Origin: Octopus vulgaris
Taxonomy: Eukaryota
DNA: 64,000 nucleotides
NCBI GenBank assembly: GCA_951406725.2
Contig: OX597826.1
Location: 65,410,001-65,474,000 of the forward strand
Direction of reading: 5' to 3'
Numbering within the stretch: position 1 is the first letter of the stretch; every line of letters begins with the position of its first letter. Positions 43,644-57,269 of the stretch are shown one piece after another. A program made the translations under genes and the position numbers. The notes under the pieces are model-generated. The model made no database searches, was not told where the DNA came from, and saw nothing but the letters and a program-made list of their open reading frames with translations.

Positions 43644-45303
43644 TATATATAGAGAGAGAGATAGATAGATATCATCATCATCGTTTAACGTCCGCTTTCC
43701 ATGCTAGCATGGGTTGGAGGATTTGACTGAGGTCTGGCAAACCAGACTCCAATCTGACCTGGCAGAGTTTCTACAGCTGAATGACCTTCCTAACGCCAAC
43801 CACTCCGAGAGTGTAGTGGGTACTTTTACGTGCCACTGGCATGAGGGCCAGTTTGGTGGTACTGGCAACAGCCACGCTCAAATGGTGCTTTTTATGTGCC
43901 ACCTGCACAGGAGCCAGTCCAGCACCACTGGCAATGACCTCGCTCGAATGTTTTTTTACGTGCCACCAGCACAAGTGCTAGTAAGGCAACGTAGGTAACG
44001 ATAATGCTTGATTGGTGTATTTATCATGCCATCGGCATAGCGCTCCACTAGCAACGGATGCCAGTCACCAAGTTTGACTTCGATTTCACGTGCCTCAACA
44101 GGTCTTCGCAATTGAGTTTGATTCTGACTTCAATTTCACTTGCCTCAACTGGTCTTCGCAAGCAGAGTTTAGTGTCCAATGAAGGAAAGGCACGCATATG
44201 TGGACTGGTTACACCCCTGGCATAGGCCACAAGGTTATGGTCTCACTTGCACTTGCCAAGTCTTCTCAAGCACAGAATATTTCCAGAGGTCCCAGTCACT
44301 AGTCATTGCCTCGGTGAGGCCCAATGTTTGAAGGTCATGCTTCACCACCACATCCCAGGTCTTCCTGGGTCTACCTCTTCCACAGGTTCCCTCAACTGCT
44401 AGGGTGTGGTACTTTTTCACACAGCTATCCACATCCATTCTCACCATATGACCATACCAGCGCAGTTGTCTCTCTTGCACACCACATCTGATACTTCTTA
44501 GGTCCAACTTTTCTCTCAAGGCATATATATATATATATATATATATACATATGTAGGTAAATGGATCAATATATATAGAGAGATACATATAGATAGATTG
44601 GTGAATAGGTAATACGGACAGACAGATGGTAAGACTTCTGAACAGACAAGCACATGCACTTGCATACACACATATATAAATACATACTGGCATACACAAA
44701 TGAAAACTGAAACACATGACCATATACATACACACACTTCACACAAGGACACTTGTGGAGACACACATCCATACATAACAGACACACATACATAGTGACA
44801 CAAACCTAAACACAAAAACACTCAAACGTGCACACACAAAGAGACAGAAATACACGCACAAATACATGGAGCTTAGGTGTTTCACTCATAAACACACACA
44901 TCGCCCGGTCTGAGATTCGAACCCGTGATCCCACAACCGTGAGTCCGCTGCTCTAACCACTAGGCCATGTGCCTCCACCAATGGAACTTGGAACCATGTG
45001 ATTAAGAAGCAACTTCTTACTACACAGTCATGCCTCCAGTATTATGTAAAGTGTTAAAGTATGGACTGCTGAAGAAATGAACAAAATGTTTGTTCATGGT
45101 CTAGACAAGATGTGTTCAACCATTTTTTTGTCTAAGGATCCCTTTAATTCCTATTTTACTGGAGTGAACAATCAGTCATTCAATGTTTAAAAATATCTTA
45201 TATTTTTATAATTAAATATTATTAGGAATTGTATTAAAAAAATTATTAAAATATTTTGTCTACTAAAGAAGTATAATCGATTTTATTACTACAAAATCTG
45301 ATA

Positions 45304-45304
<1 letters not shown>

Positions 45305-45340
<36 letters not shown>

Positions 45341-45715
45341 GTTTAACGTCCGCTTTCCATGCTAGCATGGGTTGGACAATTTTAACTGAGAGCTGGCGAA
45401 CCGGATGGCTGCACCAGGCTCCAATCTTGATTTGGCAGAGTTTCTACATCTGGATGCCCTTCCTAATGCCAACCACTCCAAGAGCATAGTGGGTGCTTTT
45501 TACGTGCCACCAGCACGGGGGCCAGTCAGGCGGTACTGGCAATGACCTCGCTCAAATCCTTTTACACATGCCACCAGCACAGGTGCCAGTAAGGCGACGT
45601 TAGTAACGATCACGCTCGAATGGTGCCCTTTTACATGCCACTGGCACAGAAGCCAGTTGGCTGCTCTGGCAACGATCTCGCTCGGATGGTACTCTTGGCA
45701 CCCTACTAGCACTGA
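45305..45715 (-). mobile_element. RTE-tail-related element at the right edge of the array
   Basis: (cat)n gtttaacgtccgctttccatgctagc...; a different copy from the one at internal unit junctions. Confidence 0.75.
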
Positions 45716-45957
45716 CACTAGTCATCGAACCCCAAAGGCCATATGGGCTCTGGTTGAGAACCCCTGGCCTAGACTGGAATGCAATGAACTTCAAGACTAC
45801 CTATGACAGTGTACAATGTAACAGGTAGATCACTTCCCTATGTTTTCCACTTATGTAATATCTCCAATATTATAAAATGACAAAAAAGAATAACAAGAAT
45901 AAATTGCAAAGATTAATAACAACAACAATTGTAATTATGTATTGAGATTTCTTTTAC

Positions 45958-46104
45958 CTGGACATGTAAATTTTGGTTCCCATTCTAGACTGTCATTGCA
46001 TACCAATTTGTTATTCTTCAGATGAGACACTTTACATTCTTTATACAAACGTCTTTCAGGGCATGTTACTTCTCTGTTGCAAATAGTTGTATTTTTTGGA
46101 CACG
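45958..46104 (-). CDS. Sushi/CCP-like module exon 1 (147 bp, phase 1-1)
   Basis: tttcag|CG TGT...TGT CCA G|gtaaaa; translates ACPKNTTICNREVTCPERRLYKECKVSHLKNNKLVCNDSLEWEPKFTCP. Cys spacing C-x6-C-x5-C-x8-C-x11-C-x5-W-x5-C is the same as in the other modules. Confidence 0.85.
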
Positions 46105-46140
46105 CTGAAACAAAAATATACATGTGTATGTATGTGTGTG

Positions 46141-46189
<49 letters not shown>

Positions 46190-46194
<5 letters not shown>

Positions 46195-46430
46195 CGGGAA
46201 GCTTTATGAAAATAAACAAAAGACGAAGGCAGGTGGAAAACAAACGAACAATTGTATTAGTATGGCGCTCAGGAAATATAAATAAAACAAGTCTTTAACG
46301 TTTCGAGCCTACGCTCTTCAACAGAAAGATACACAGAGAGAGAAAAACACAGAAAGAAGGAGAGAAAAAATGCGTGCAGTAGCTAACGAATCAACATGGC
46401 GATCTGATTTCGGCCAGAGGTCAAAGATCA
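46190..46430 (-). mobile_element. Penelope-like tail with degenerate hammerhead motif
   Basis: Minus strand tcttt-CTGTTGA-a-GAGC gtag GCTC-GAAAC-GTTA-aaga at ~46292-46330. Confidence 0.55.
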
Positions 46431-46547
46431 AACATGAGACGCGAGAGCGAAATAAGGGAGATAATAGGGTTGAGGGACCAGCTAAAAGTGCGTGGGAGGG
46501 GTCTGGATGTGTGTATGTATAGGGTTGGTGTATGTATTAGTATGTAT

Positions 46548-46590
<43 letters not shown>

Positions 46591-46816
46591 AGAGAGTATT
46601 AGTGCGTAAGATTGGTCTGGACGTGCGTATGTATGGGGTTGGTGTATGTATTAGTATGTATTAGTATGTATTAGTACGTATTGGTATGTATAGGTATGTG
46701 TGTGTGTGTGTGAGAGAGTATAAGTGCGTATGCGGGGTCTGGACGTGTGTATGTATAGGGTTGGTGTAAGTATTAGTATGTACTAGTATGTATAGTACGT
46801 ATATATATATATATAC

Positions 46817-46923
<107 letters not shown>

Positions 46924-47219
46924 GTACAGAGTGTTAGGTGTGGTGTACAGATATTGAATATTGAGAAAAAAGGGGTGCCAGAATTTTGGAAAAAAATTTT
47001 TTCATTTCTTCATTATTATTAGTGCTTTCATTCATTTCTTGAACTTGTCAAATAGAATTTTGTGAATGTACAAACATCTTGTTCATTTATATAAAACAGA
47101 TGTTTTTGGGGGGTTTTGTTTAGAAGAGGAGAACATTGTTTTTGTTGGGGGGGCGCTAATAATAATGAATAAATAAAAAGAATTCTCCAAAATTCTGATT
47201 ACCATTTTTCTCAATATAT

Positions 47220-48270
47220 ACATCATCATCATCATCATCCTCATCATCGTTTAACGTCCGTTTTCCATATTGGCATGGGTTGGACAGTTCGACAGGGGTC
47301 TAGGAAGTCAGGAGGCTGCACCAGGCTCCAGTCTGATCTGGCAGTGTTTCTACAGCTGGATGCCCTTCCTAGCGCCAACCACTCCGTGAGTGTAGTGGGT
47401 ACATAGAAAGCTGGATGTGCAGTGTCACTGTACATGTTCGACAGAGTGTAAGCATGTTGAAAGAATGTGAGGCATAAGAAGCATCATATGTGGTGTGCAG
47501 GAGAGACAAATGTGCTGGTATGGTCATGGGATGCATATGGCTGAGGACAGCTGTGTAAAGGAGTGCCGTAACCTAACTATGGAGCAAACCTGTGGTAGAG
47601 GTAGCCTCAGGAAGACTTGGGATGTGGTGAATCATGATCTGTGAACTTTGGTCCTCACTGAGACAATGACTAGAGACCAAGACCTTTGGCGATAAGTTGT
47701 GCTTGAGAAGACCGATCAAACCAAGTGAAATCGCAGTTGTGACTGATGCTGGTATCATGTAACCTGCACCCATGCAGGTGGCACATAAAAAGTACCTTTC
47801 AAGCATTGAGCCTCACGGAGGCAAAGTGGTTGAGGTCCTTTCGAATGTTGGGTCTCACAGAGACAATGATAAGACCTTTGGCATTATGTTGTGCTTGAAA
47901 AGATTCAACAAGCCAAGTAAAATCACATTTGTGGCACATACCTATTTTTTTACTACCCACAAGGGGCTAAACACAGAGGGAACAAACAAGGACAGACAAA
48001 CGGATTAAGTCGATTATATCGACACCAGTGTGTAACTGGTACTTAATTTATCGACCCCGAAAGGATAAAAGACAAGGTCGACCTCAGCAGAATTTGAACT
48101 CAGAATGTAAAGACAGACGAAATACTGCTAAGCATTTTGCCCAGCATGCTACCGTTTCTACCAGCTTGCCGCCTTGTGGCATATACCAGGGCCATGCAAA
48201 TGGAACCTGTGCTGGTGGGACATAAAAGCACCTTTCAAGCATTGGGCCTCACAGAGGCAAGGAGCCTACC
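47220..48270. mobile_element. Cluster of RTE fragments in both orientations with a nested SINE
   Basis: Minus-strand (cat)n tail at 47220-47400; plus-strand degenerate ...WYGH.MHM...CVK.C... at 47470-47940; SINE at 47945-48175. Confidence 0.65.
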
Positions 48271-48737
48271 AGTGAGTATTTAAAGGGAAATTTGGCAGGA
48301 TGGTCATTCGCCCGCTGACATTCATTGATGCTGCATTGAAGAAACCAAAGAACAAAAGAAAAAAGGAGAAAGGAAAAAACACACTTGACACCAGAGCTGC
48401 AGACATCTCCAAAAGATGAGGGCCCACCATATCAAAAACGGTAAACAAGTAGGGGCCAAAACCAGACGTGGTTCCACCTGATGATGTCTTTAGCCACTAG
48501 ATCCTATAAAGGAGTTGTTGAGGTAATGAACCACAAAACATGGTTGGAATTCCACTTGTTTCTGTCCATCTGTCATATGCTAACCTCTCTTCACACAGCA
48601 CAAAGCCACCTCCTTCAATACAGTCCTCCTCCTCTCAAAGGATCTTTGTCTTGCAAGTTGCAAGTTACTTGGTGACCTTACTGGTACTGGTATAATGTTA
48701 GAAGCATCCAGTTCACTCAGAAAAGTGGTTGGCGTAA

Positions 48738-49410
48738 CATCCCTGAATAAGGGTTGTTTAAGGTTGTTGAATGAAACACCCCTGTTTCCAGAGGTGAATT
48801 ATTCAAACCCCAAAGGATTCCTCTCAATACATGGCTATAATGCTCCCCAACTACTTCCATTCTTGATCAGAGATGCACATATTGTCAGCCACCAAGGGAC
48901 ATGCTCAACTGGCTAAGGTTAAGCAACTGACTAGCAAATCTGTGGTATTGAGCAGAATATTTGCTGTAGACTATCTTTTATACCAAGATTTTTTTTTCAT
49001 ACTATTGAAGTGTCACTGGGGTAAAATATACAGAGCCCAGTATATTCATCATGACTACCCGTCTGATAAGGGTACACCAGGCACATGCATCACAAAATAT
49101 GTGCGTGACATGGTGATCTCATATCAAGATAAACAATGCATGACCTTGCAGGTGGGGGCCCAGTTAGAATTTTCTTCAGGTCGAGTAGCCCATCCCACTC
49201 AAAAGGTCCCTGAATAAGAGTTATTTAAGGATGTTGAAAGAAACACCCATGTTTCCAAAGGTGAATTATTCAAAACAAAGAATTCTTCTCAACACATGGC
49301 TATGATGCTCCCCAACTACTTCTGCTCATGATCAGTGATGTACGATCAAAGATGCACATATAGTTTGGCCATTAAGAGACATGCTCAACTGATTAAAGTC
49401 AAGCAACTAA
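48738..49410 (-). mobile_element. SINE-like element with partial tandem duplication
   Basis: ccctgaataag...aagcaact at 48741-48928 and 49208-49408; the opposite orientation is at 58520-58835. Confidence 0.65.
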
Positions 49411-51609
49411 TTTGTTATATGTAATTAACAGTCAGTTTCGTGGAATTTTCAGACCCTATTTATGTAAACACTAATTTGTTATATGTAACTAACAGTCAGT
49501 TTCATGGAGTTTTCAGACCTAGCTAAATGTAAAAGTACAAGCTACAGAGACTGAGTTTTGGCATGTTGATAGTAGAGATAAAGCTAAATAAATCCTGAGA
49601 TTTTGAGACACGACACCATCTCAATAAAATTTTAATGGACTATTAAAAGTGGATATAAACAGCAGAATTTCAGATCAAGACACCCACATAAGTTGGAATT
49701 TCTCCATTTTGTCAGGGATTTTTCCATTTTTTTTTCCATCACAGCTTTTGAAATGATGGTGGGGAAACTTTTTATTAAAAAAAAATTTTGAAAATTTATG
49801 ATTTCCCTCCACTTCCCCTCTCCACCCACCTCAATATGAACTGATTTTGCACTACAAACTTAAAAACAATAGCTGAAGCCTTTTTGATTAAAAAATTTTT
49901 TTTTATATTTTCAAATGAAAAAGTGTGTGATTTAAGGGAGATTTAGTTGTTTTTACTAGCACATCCCACGACCACCTGAAAAACAAACAAAATGTGAAAC
50001 TAAATCCTTGCTTTTAGCATTCAAAACATAAATTAAAGACATTAAAACCATGTAACTTACAGCAAACTCATTAGGAGAGAGGGAGAAAAATCAAAACGAA
50101 TTTGTAAACACTACCAAAAATTGTCCAACTATATTTAAAATCTTCACATCTGAATTTAATAGTCAACAACATGATATTCCTTGCACAATATAATTTTTAT
50201 TGGTACAATTTGACCAATATTTTGCAAAGAAAAGCAAAATTTACATGTGCATGTACTAGGTAAAATTGAGATGCCATTGTCCATATTTTGTTAAAACAAC
50301 AAAAGGAAATGAAGATTCTCAGTGCAACGAGTCTATTCTAATTTGGGGATCTAGAAGACTTAGGTAGCTCAATTTAGTGCGAATTTTGTGCAAATATGTT
50401 TATTTCATAATTGATTCGTCCATTTCTTGAAATTTCCAGCTCAAATTCTATATTTGAAGCCCTGGATTCATTTCCATTTGACCTCTCGCTGTGTGGGAAT
50501 ATGTCAGTTTGACAATTAGCATCAGTATACCATCTTCCTTATTGACTTTTGCACTTTTTCACTAAATTATGGCTGGATTCAGCAAAGAGCATATAGAATT
50601 CATGAGAAATTTTTCTTTCTTGTGATATAAAAATCTTGAAGAAAATATGTTCTTTTCTTAGTGAAAATTAATGATAAAATTTTCACTTATATATTTCATA
50701 ATGATTTTCTAACCTACCCATACTAATTTTTATAGCAAAATAAAGCAAAGCGAAGTCCTTTTCACAACTATGATTTTCAACACAAATCAAGTTATAGCAT
50801 TCCTGTGCGTTGAACTAGAACAAGAGCTACTGTTCAGCAGTCAGAAATAAATAAAAGAAAAAAGGATGAACTTTGTGAATACGTGGAAATACCTATTTCG
50901 TTATTACCCACAAGGGGCTAAACACAGAGGGGACAAACAAGGACAGACATAGGTATTAAGTCGATTACATCGACTCCAGTGCGTAACTGGTACTTAATTT
51001 ATCGGTACTTAATTTATCGACCCCGAAAGGATGAAAGGCAAAGTCGACCTCGGCGGAATTTGAACTCACAACGTAACGCAGACGAAATACCACTAAGCAT
51101 TTCGCCCGGCGTGCTAACGTTTCTGCCAGCTCGCCGCCTTATTTTTTTAAAGAAGTCAAGGGACCCTGCTAAGCACAGACCATAGTAGCTAAAGCCCATG
51201 CAGTAGAACAGTGTCTTCAAGTAAGTCAGTATGAGAAGTACACGTAAGCACTGAGCATGCATTGGGTTGTATGCAACATTTCAAGAAGTAGGGGTGCTTC
51301 AAAAGCAGAAGAACATCCACTGGAAGACAATAAGCACTCTAGAAGACCTACCATGGAAGTGCATGGCTTAGTGGTTAGGGTGTCAGCACCATGATCGTAA
51401 GATTGTGGTTTCAATTCCTGGACCAGGCGACGCATTGTATTCTTGAGCAAAGCACTTCATTTCATGTTGCTCCAGTCCACTCAGCTGGCAAAAATGAGTA
51501 ACGCTGCAATGGACTGGTGTCCCACCCAGCTGGGGAACACATACACCATAGAAACCAAGAAACCAGGCCCATGATCCTGGCTAGGCTTTAAAACAGCGCA
51601 TTTATTTAG

Positions 51610-52158
51610 AAAACCTACCACAAACATCACCCCAAGAACTGTGGTATTGTGCATTGAAAATTCATCCCTCAGGGTCAGATCATCAATTGAGAATTCTATG
51701 CAACGTTTTGAAGTGTTTGAAGAAGGACATTCAACAAAAGCAACTGGATCTGTAGGGCGCAAAGAATCGGATTCTTCATAACAACAATGCACCCTGTCAC
51801 CAAACTCTCCTCACTCATGAATTTTTCACCAAAAAAAACATGGTATCACTTCTGGGCCTGTTCTATTCACCAGATTTAGAACCTGTGGACTTATATCTCT
51901 TCCCCAAGACGAAAATGCAGCTCAGAGGTCACTGTTTTAATGCTGTTGTCAAGATCCAGAGTGAATCACAGGAGGTCCTTGAATTGCTTACAAAAAACGA
52001 CTTCCAGGATGGATTCCACAAGTGGCAGAAATGCTGGGACCAGTGTATTGCTGTGCAAGGTGACTATTTCGAAAGAGATGATGTTAAAACATAGTTAAAT
52101 AAGTTATTTTTTATTATTAAACATAACTAGTCCTGGAATCTTTTGACACCACCTCGTA
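51610..52158 (+). mobile_element. Mariner transposase 3' remnant with right TIR
   Basis: LHNNNAPCH, YSPDLEPVDLYLFPKTKMQLRG, KWQKCWDQCIAVQGDYFE; ends ttttgacaccacctcg-TA. Confidence 0.85.
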
Positions 52159-53413
52159 AATGAGCAGAAACACATAAAACACATATAATAATGATTCACA
52201 ATAAAAATTCATCAAAATTTGAAAAAATATTTCTAATCAAATTACACACATACACACACGATATTCCTTAAAGATGCTCAGATTTCTTCTAAACATGTAA
52301 GGGATCAGAAACTTTTTTCCCTTTTTGTTTACATTCTGCATAATGATTCATTTCAAAGGAAAAAAATTTTTTAATTCTAACAATTTTGTTTCTTTAGAAC
52401 GATTGTGGCTAGGTCTAGTCTACTCCTAAAAATAACTAAGAAAAACAGCTTTTAAATTCTTACTGCATTCAGGTACAAATTCATTTTTTTATCATTATTG
52501 GAACTGTTATTAGAATTCTCTCTCATTTGGGAAAAGAAATATATGATCCTTATTTTGCTAAATTTTTCTATATCTTCTTTCAAAAATATTTTGAATTCAA
52601 ATTTACTGCTTGATAACATGAAACTAGTATCTACCTTTCATTCATAATGAAAATTTTCAAAAAACAGAAGTAGAAAAAGAAATGGAAAACATCTTCAAAA
52701 ATTAGCAGAGTTCAAATATTTCATAATATAATATAGGACAGTGTAATTCAATTGTTTTCATAGTAAAACTATGTGTTTTCATGAACATACTAACATTATT
52801 TGCATTGAAATTCATATTTAAATATTGATAAATAAAAAAGTTATAGTTGTTTAATGAAACCAGACTAAATTTATGATTATGTTAGAAATTAATTGAAACA
52901 CAAAAGGGGTGTATTTTGGTCAGAAATATAGTAACGAAAGGGTTAAACTGAATAATGTAGTTCTAGGTACATACTGAAATGAATAAATCTGAACACAGTG
53001 ATCACAGCCTTAAGAACTGTAACAAAATCAAGCGACTCGAGACTAATGAACAACAACTAACTCAAGCTAATAAGAGAACATCTATGGGATGACCAGACCG
53101 ACTCGAAATAATGAAAAAATTACACACTTGTGAAAGAAACATAGAGCAGCTCAGGATGTTTTATATCTTTGTACTAGATATATAGCGAAGCAAGAGGGAA
53201 GAAAAGTGTACACATGATGCATAATTATTGCTTTACACAAAATTCAACACTCTATATCAACAGACTCACAGTGAACTGCTTACCAACATGAACTGCCAAT
53301 CGCTCACAGTTCTTCATTTTATAATAATGAGTCAGTCCACCCTTGGTCACTGGAGGGTGGTCAGAATCCTTTCATAACAGGATGTTAAAACGCTAAACAA
53401 ACATTATACATAC

Positions 53414-53621
53414 CTGGAAATATGCCTTTATAGCAATTGCAAAATGGTAGACGAGCATCATTTTTATTTTTTAAGTAACATTCATGTATTACGTCAGTCT
53501 TCTCAAAATCTTTGTGGCAAAAACAACAGTATTCAACATGACCAAGCTTGTCTACATAAGTCCTGTAATATAAGAAAACACCATTGTTAATAATATAAAT
53601 TGCAGCAGCAGACACCATGCC
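53414..53621 (-). CDS. Exon 2: signal peptide plus 6-Cys N-terminal domain, with an apparent 1-nt frameshift near 53558
   Basis: Acceptor acttcag|G, donor CCAG|gtatgt. One frame gives (M)AWCLLLQFILLTMVFSYITG-LM*. The other gives YVDKLGHVEYCCFCHKDFEKTDVIHECYLKNKNDARLPFCNCYKGIFP ending in phase 1, matching the downstream exons. An alternative acceptor (tattacag|) lies at 53562. Confidence 0.7.
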
Positions 53622-53698
53622 CTGAAGTATTCAATTACACTCAGTTACAACAAATTCTTTCTTTACCAATGTCTTTTAAAAAATATCATTGCTTTCTA

Positions 53699-53730
<32 letters not shown>

Positions 53731-53957
53731 CCACCACCACCACCTCTATAACTTTTGCATGAGTCTGATGGATGTTTCTGCAGTCGGCCAACAATCTTCA
53801 CCTATTCCCATGTAAGGAAATGGTTCCCTTTCTCTGGACTTCTATTCAATGACAACAACAGACTAATGATACCACTTCCATGATAGTGACACTGATATGC
53901 AGCTATCACATAATGTTAAGAAAATGAGATACAAGCACCCACACACACACAAACACA

Positions 53958-53995
<38 letters not shown>

Positions 53996-54062
53996 CACAC
54001 AGATAATATTATTTAAAATAGTTTGATTTGGCTCCATGCAAACTCATTAAAGGTCATATCAC

Positions 54063-54097
<35 letters not shown>

Positions 54098-54152
54098 CAT
54101 CATCATCATCATTTAACATCTGTTATTTCAATACAAATATGTTTTATATATA

Positions 54153-55101
54153 CACCCAGAACCACAATAATAGCTTAGAAGTGAAATTTAGGATTTCTCA
54201 GTTTTCTGAGAATCGATTTTGTTAAAACTTTTCCCAGCTGGTTTGCACAACTTTTTTTATTTCAGATTCTTCAGTTTTGGGATGAACCACACTAATAGCT
54301 TTTGAATGAAAATAGCCCATCTAGACATTGAGTACATACTTAACATAATAATATATAATAATAACATAATAATATATAATAATATATTTAACATAATAAT
54401 ATAACATTTATAACATAATGAATTATTTATCCACATGAGTGCCAAGGAAGAAACAATCCGATTGTGGGACCTCCAAGACTGTGGCAGCTGGGAATTTAAG
54501 AAATATAGGGTGTAAGTTTATATTGGGAAACCTGGAAAAACAAGCAAAGCCATTCTCACTGCCTTCAGATGTCCTCATGTACCAAAAACCACCAGAAATT
54601 ATATCCTTGGGACCATGGCTTCCATGCAAGAACTCCTGAAACTGCCGCCTCACAGGAGTTTAAGGTTTCAATGGACCCAAATGGGCCATGACATTAGACT
54701 TGAGTTGTGTTCTGTTCACTGACGAAACTAGAGTAACCCTAGATTCCATGACTAATAGGGTTCTTGATGTTATTCAGCAAAATGGTGCTCATGTGGCTAA
54801 ATAATTCATTATGTCAAAAAATGTCATAATATTAAGGTTTTCTTTTAAATATATACTCAATATATGCTTAATATGTATCATTACCCTTCATTTTCTAAAA
54901 AAAATGCTTAGATGGGCTATTAGCATGGTTCACCCATAAATTAAAGAATTCGAAATAAAAAAGAAAGGACGTTACACAGAATAAAAACATAACAATGGTG
55001 TTGGCATAGTGTGCAAACCAACTGGGAAACGCTTTATCAAAATTGATTCGCAGAAAACCGAGAATACCAAAATTTCACTCCTAAGCTATTAGCATGGTTC
55101 T

Positions 55102-55106
<5 letters not shown>
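54153..55106 (+). mobile_element. Internally deleted Tc1-like element with long (~170 bp) TIRs
   Basis: cacccagaacc..aatagcttagaagtgaaattt..agcccatct is inverted at 54910-55106; VLFTDETRVTL is fused to DSMTNRVLDVIQQNG; TA flanks. Confidence 0.75.
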
Positions 55107-55153
<47 letters not shown>

Positions 55154-55154
55154 A

Positions 55155-55269
55155 CCTGTAACAGAATACAGATACAGACAAATAAGTCCATATTGAAGAT
55201 TACAAATAAATTCCTTTATTTACATAATATCGAGGTCTCTTTCATTCTTTTGTTGTCTTACCATTTCTA

Positions 55270-55328
<59 letters not shown>

Positions 55329-57262
55329 GTAAATGGATTAATGAACTATCCTTTGTTTACTGTTAACATGGAAAATTCAATTAGCAAAATTCATGCATGT
55401 AACAAGGATGTAGCGACCTATTCAAAGGTAGAAACTCTGGGTTAATGTGCAGTAATTTGTATAGTATAAGTAAATAAATGGAGTTGAACGCAGGTGTTAT
55501 TCAAATTCCTTTACTTTTGACATATGTTTCGAAGACAACATTGGTTTTATTCAAAAAAGGAATAAACGGTGTAAAATAATGTAATCTTCTCATCAGGAAA
55601 GAAAGAGAACCTATCTCAACAGCAAGACAGTATAACAATTTTGATGACTGCATAAATGATAAACAGAACACTATTAAGAATTTTTTAAAAACCGTTAGTA
55701 GATCCAACGTCAAAGGCAGACCCTAGGAAGAGAAGGGGTAAAGAAATAATAAGTAGAGAACAAATAAAGAGGGATATATTGGTTAAAAAAATGTTCAAAG
55801 TCTTGGAAGTAGATTTCTCTATTGAAGTAAAGGGCAAGGTGAACTAAATGTTCAAACTATAAAGACTGGTAAAAATCACTTATATGAGCTAAAGGTATGT
55901 TTCTGCCAGTGCTTACATCTGTAAGATCGCTCTATAAGTGTGTTAACAAGGTGATTCTTAGGGAAGAGAATATGGAAGAGTTCAGAGTTGCAAATGTTAC
56001 AAAATCCTTTGCCCTTATCGTAAGGAAAAGATATGGACAGGATGAACCAATCTAACTTAAAATCCTTATTGTTGTCTTTAAGTTACCAAACCAATTTACT
56101 TAGCCCTGTGCTATAACATTTACTGCTATCCCTAAATGAAGAATAATGATTGGAAATTCTCTTAGATAATTGGGAAGAGGACGTACCAATGCAGAAGTAG
56201 ACATCGGTACCGCAAGAAATTTTACATTGGTATATAGAATTCTTAATCTTAGAATTATTAGAAATAAATTTAATTCTTTTGGGGTTGTCCTCAGAGACCA
56301 AAACTATGTTATTATTAATATTATTATTATTATTATTATATGAAGGGCTGGTATTAACAAAATTAATGTTGGAACTCTCAGAAAATGAACTTTTATTTAG
56401 CAGACTGGTATTATGAGAAGATATAATTTGTGAAAGATTCTTTGTGTTGGAGAAAGCAACTCTAACTATATGAGAATTAATAATTGAATGATATCTAGAA
56501 TTTTTTGGAAAGTTCTTACCAACCACTTCAAGGAATTGCAAAGGAAGATTAGATTTAATTTGCCTTCCATATAGAATAACAAACCAAATACTTTTGCCAG
56601 TAACAGTCAATTTATAAGTAGTACTATCTATAAAGAACGGTGAATTGCCTCTAGAGTGAAAAAATGGGCTTAGATAACGGTTGCCTCCCTTACTCTGTAA
56701 AGGAATTTTATCATGTTTTGTGCTGTTGTCAATATTAGAATTAAAATCACTCTTCTTATTAAAACTAGATTTCTTGTTTCGAATAGTAGATGAAGGATGA
56801 GATTGAGCAGAATCAATGTATGTAACTTTTCTTTATACCCTGCTTTAACTAAGGCAGAGTTAGAAAATTCTGCATTGTCATTAAAAATGTCAACATTGGC
56901 GGACAGTTCAGACAATCTAACTGAAATGTTTTTAACTAAATTCTTAGTAATTGCCCTAGTATGATTACTGGATGGATTAATATACTTGAGATTGGTGGAA
57001 GGTTTGTGGTATGGGAAGTATGAGTTATTATGCAAATTAAGAGTAATATCTAAGAAGTTAGCTTCAGTTATCTCATCGTCAAAAACGATGTGAAAGCCCA
57101 TTCTATGAACAAACCTAACTAACCTATTCTTAACCTTCTGTATTTTTTGATTGGAAATGTTTTGGAGGTAAAGCAAACAATCATCACGATATAGACCTCT
57201 ACAGATGTCTGGGAACTGGTCAGCCATTTCATGAAGTATATATATGCTGACTAAATCCACAA
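55155..57262 (-). mobile_element. Penelope-like element, 5' truncated (RT plus GIY-YIG, decayed)
   Basis: GLYRDD, NFLDITLNL, YHKP..L.YIN..SNH, IYQCKI...YFCIGTS...RISNHYSSF (ORFs 56670..57260, 56083..56610). Confidence 0.9.
55514..55601 (-). ncRNA. Minimal type I hammerhead ribozyme in the Penelope tail
   Basis: Minus strand ctttc-CTGATGA-GAAGAttacatt...aatgttgTCTTC-GAAAC-ATAT-GTC-aaaag; complete core, GUC cleavage triplet, palindromic stem III ACATATGT. Confidence 0.75.
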
Positions 57263-57269
57263 TTTCAGC

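Noticed and set aside
55156-55192. MDLFVCICILLQ|gt as an alternative signal-peptide exon
   Set aside because: Lies at the end of the Penelope tail with the GT running into a (TA)n tract; a better signal peptide exists at 53560-53621
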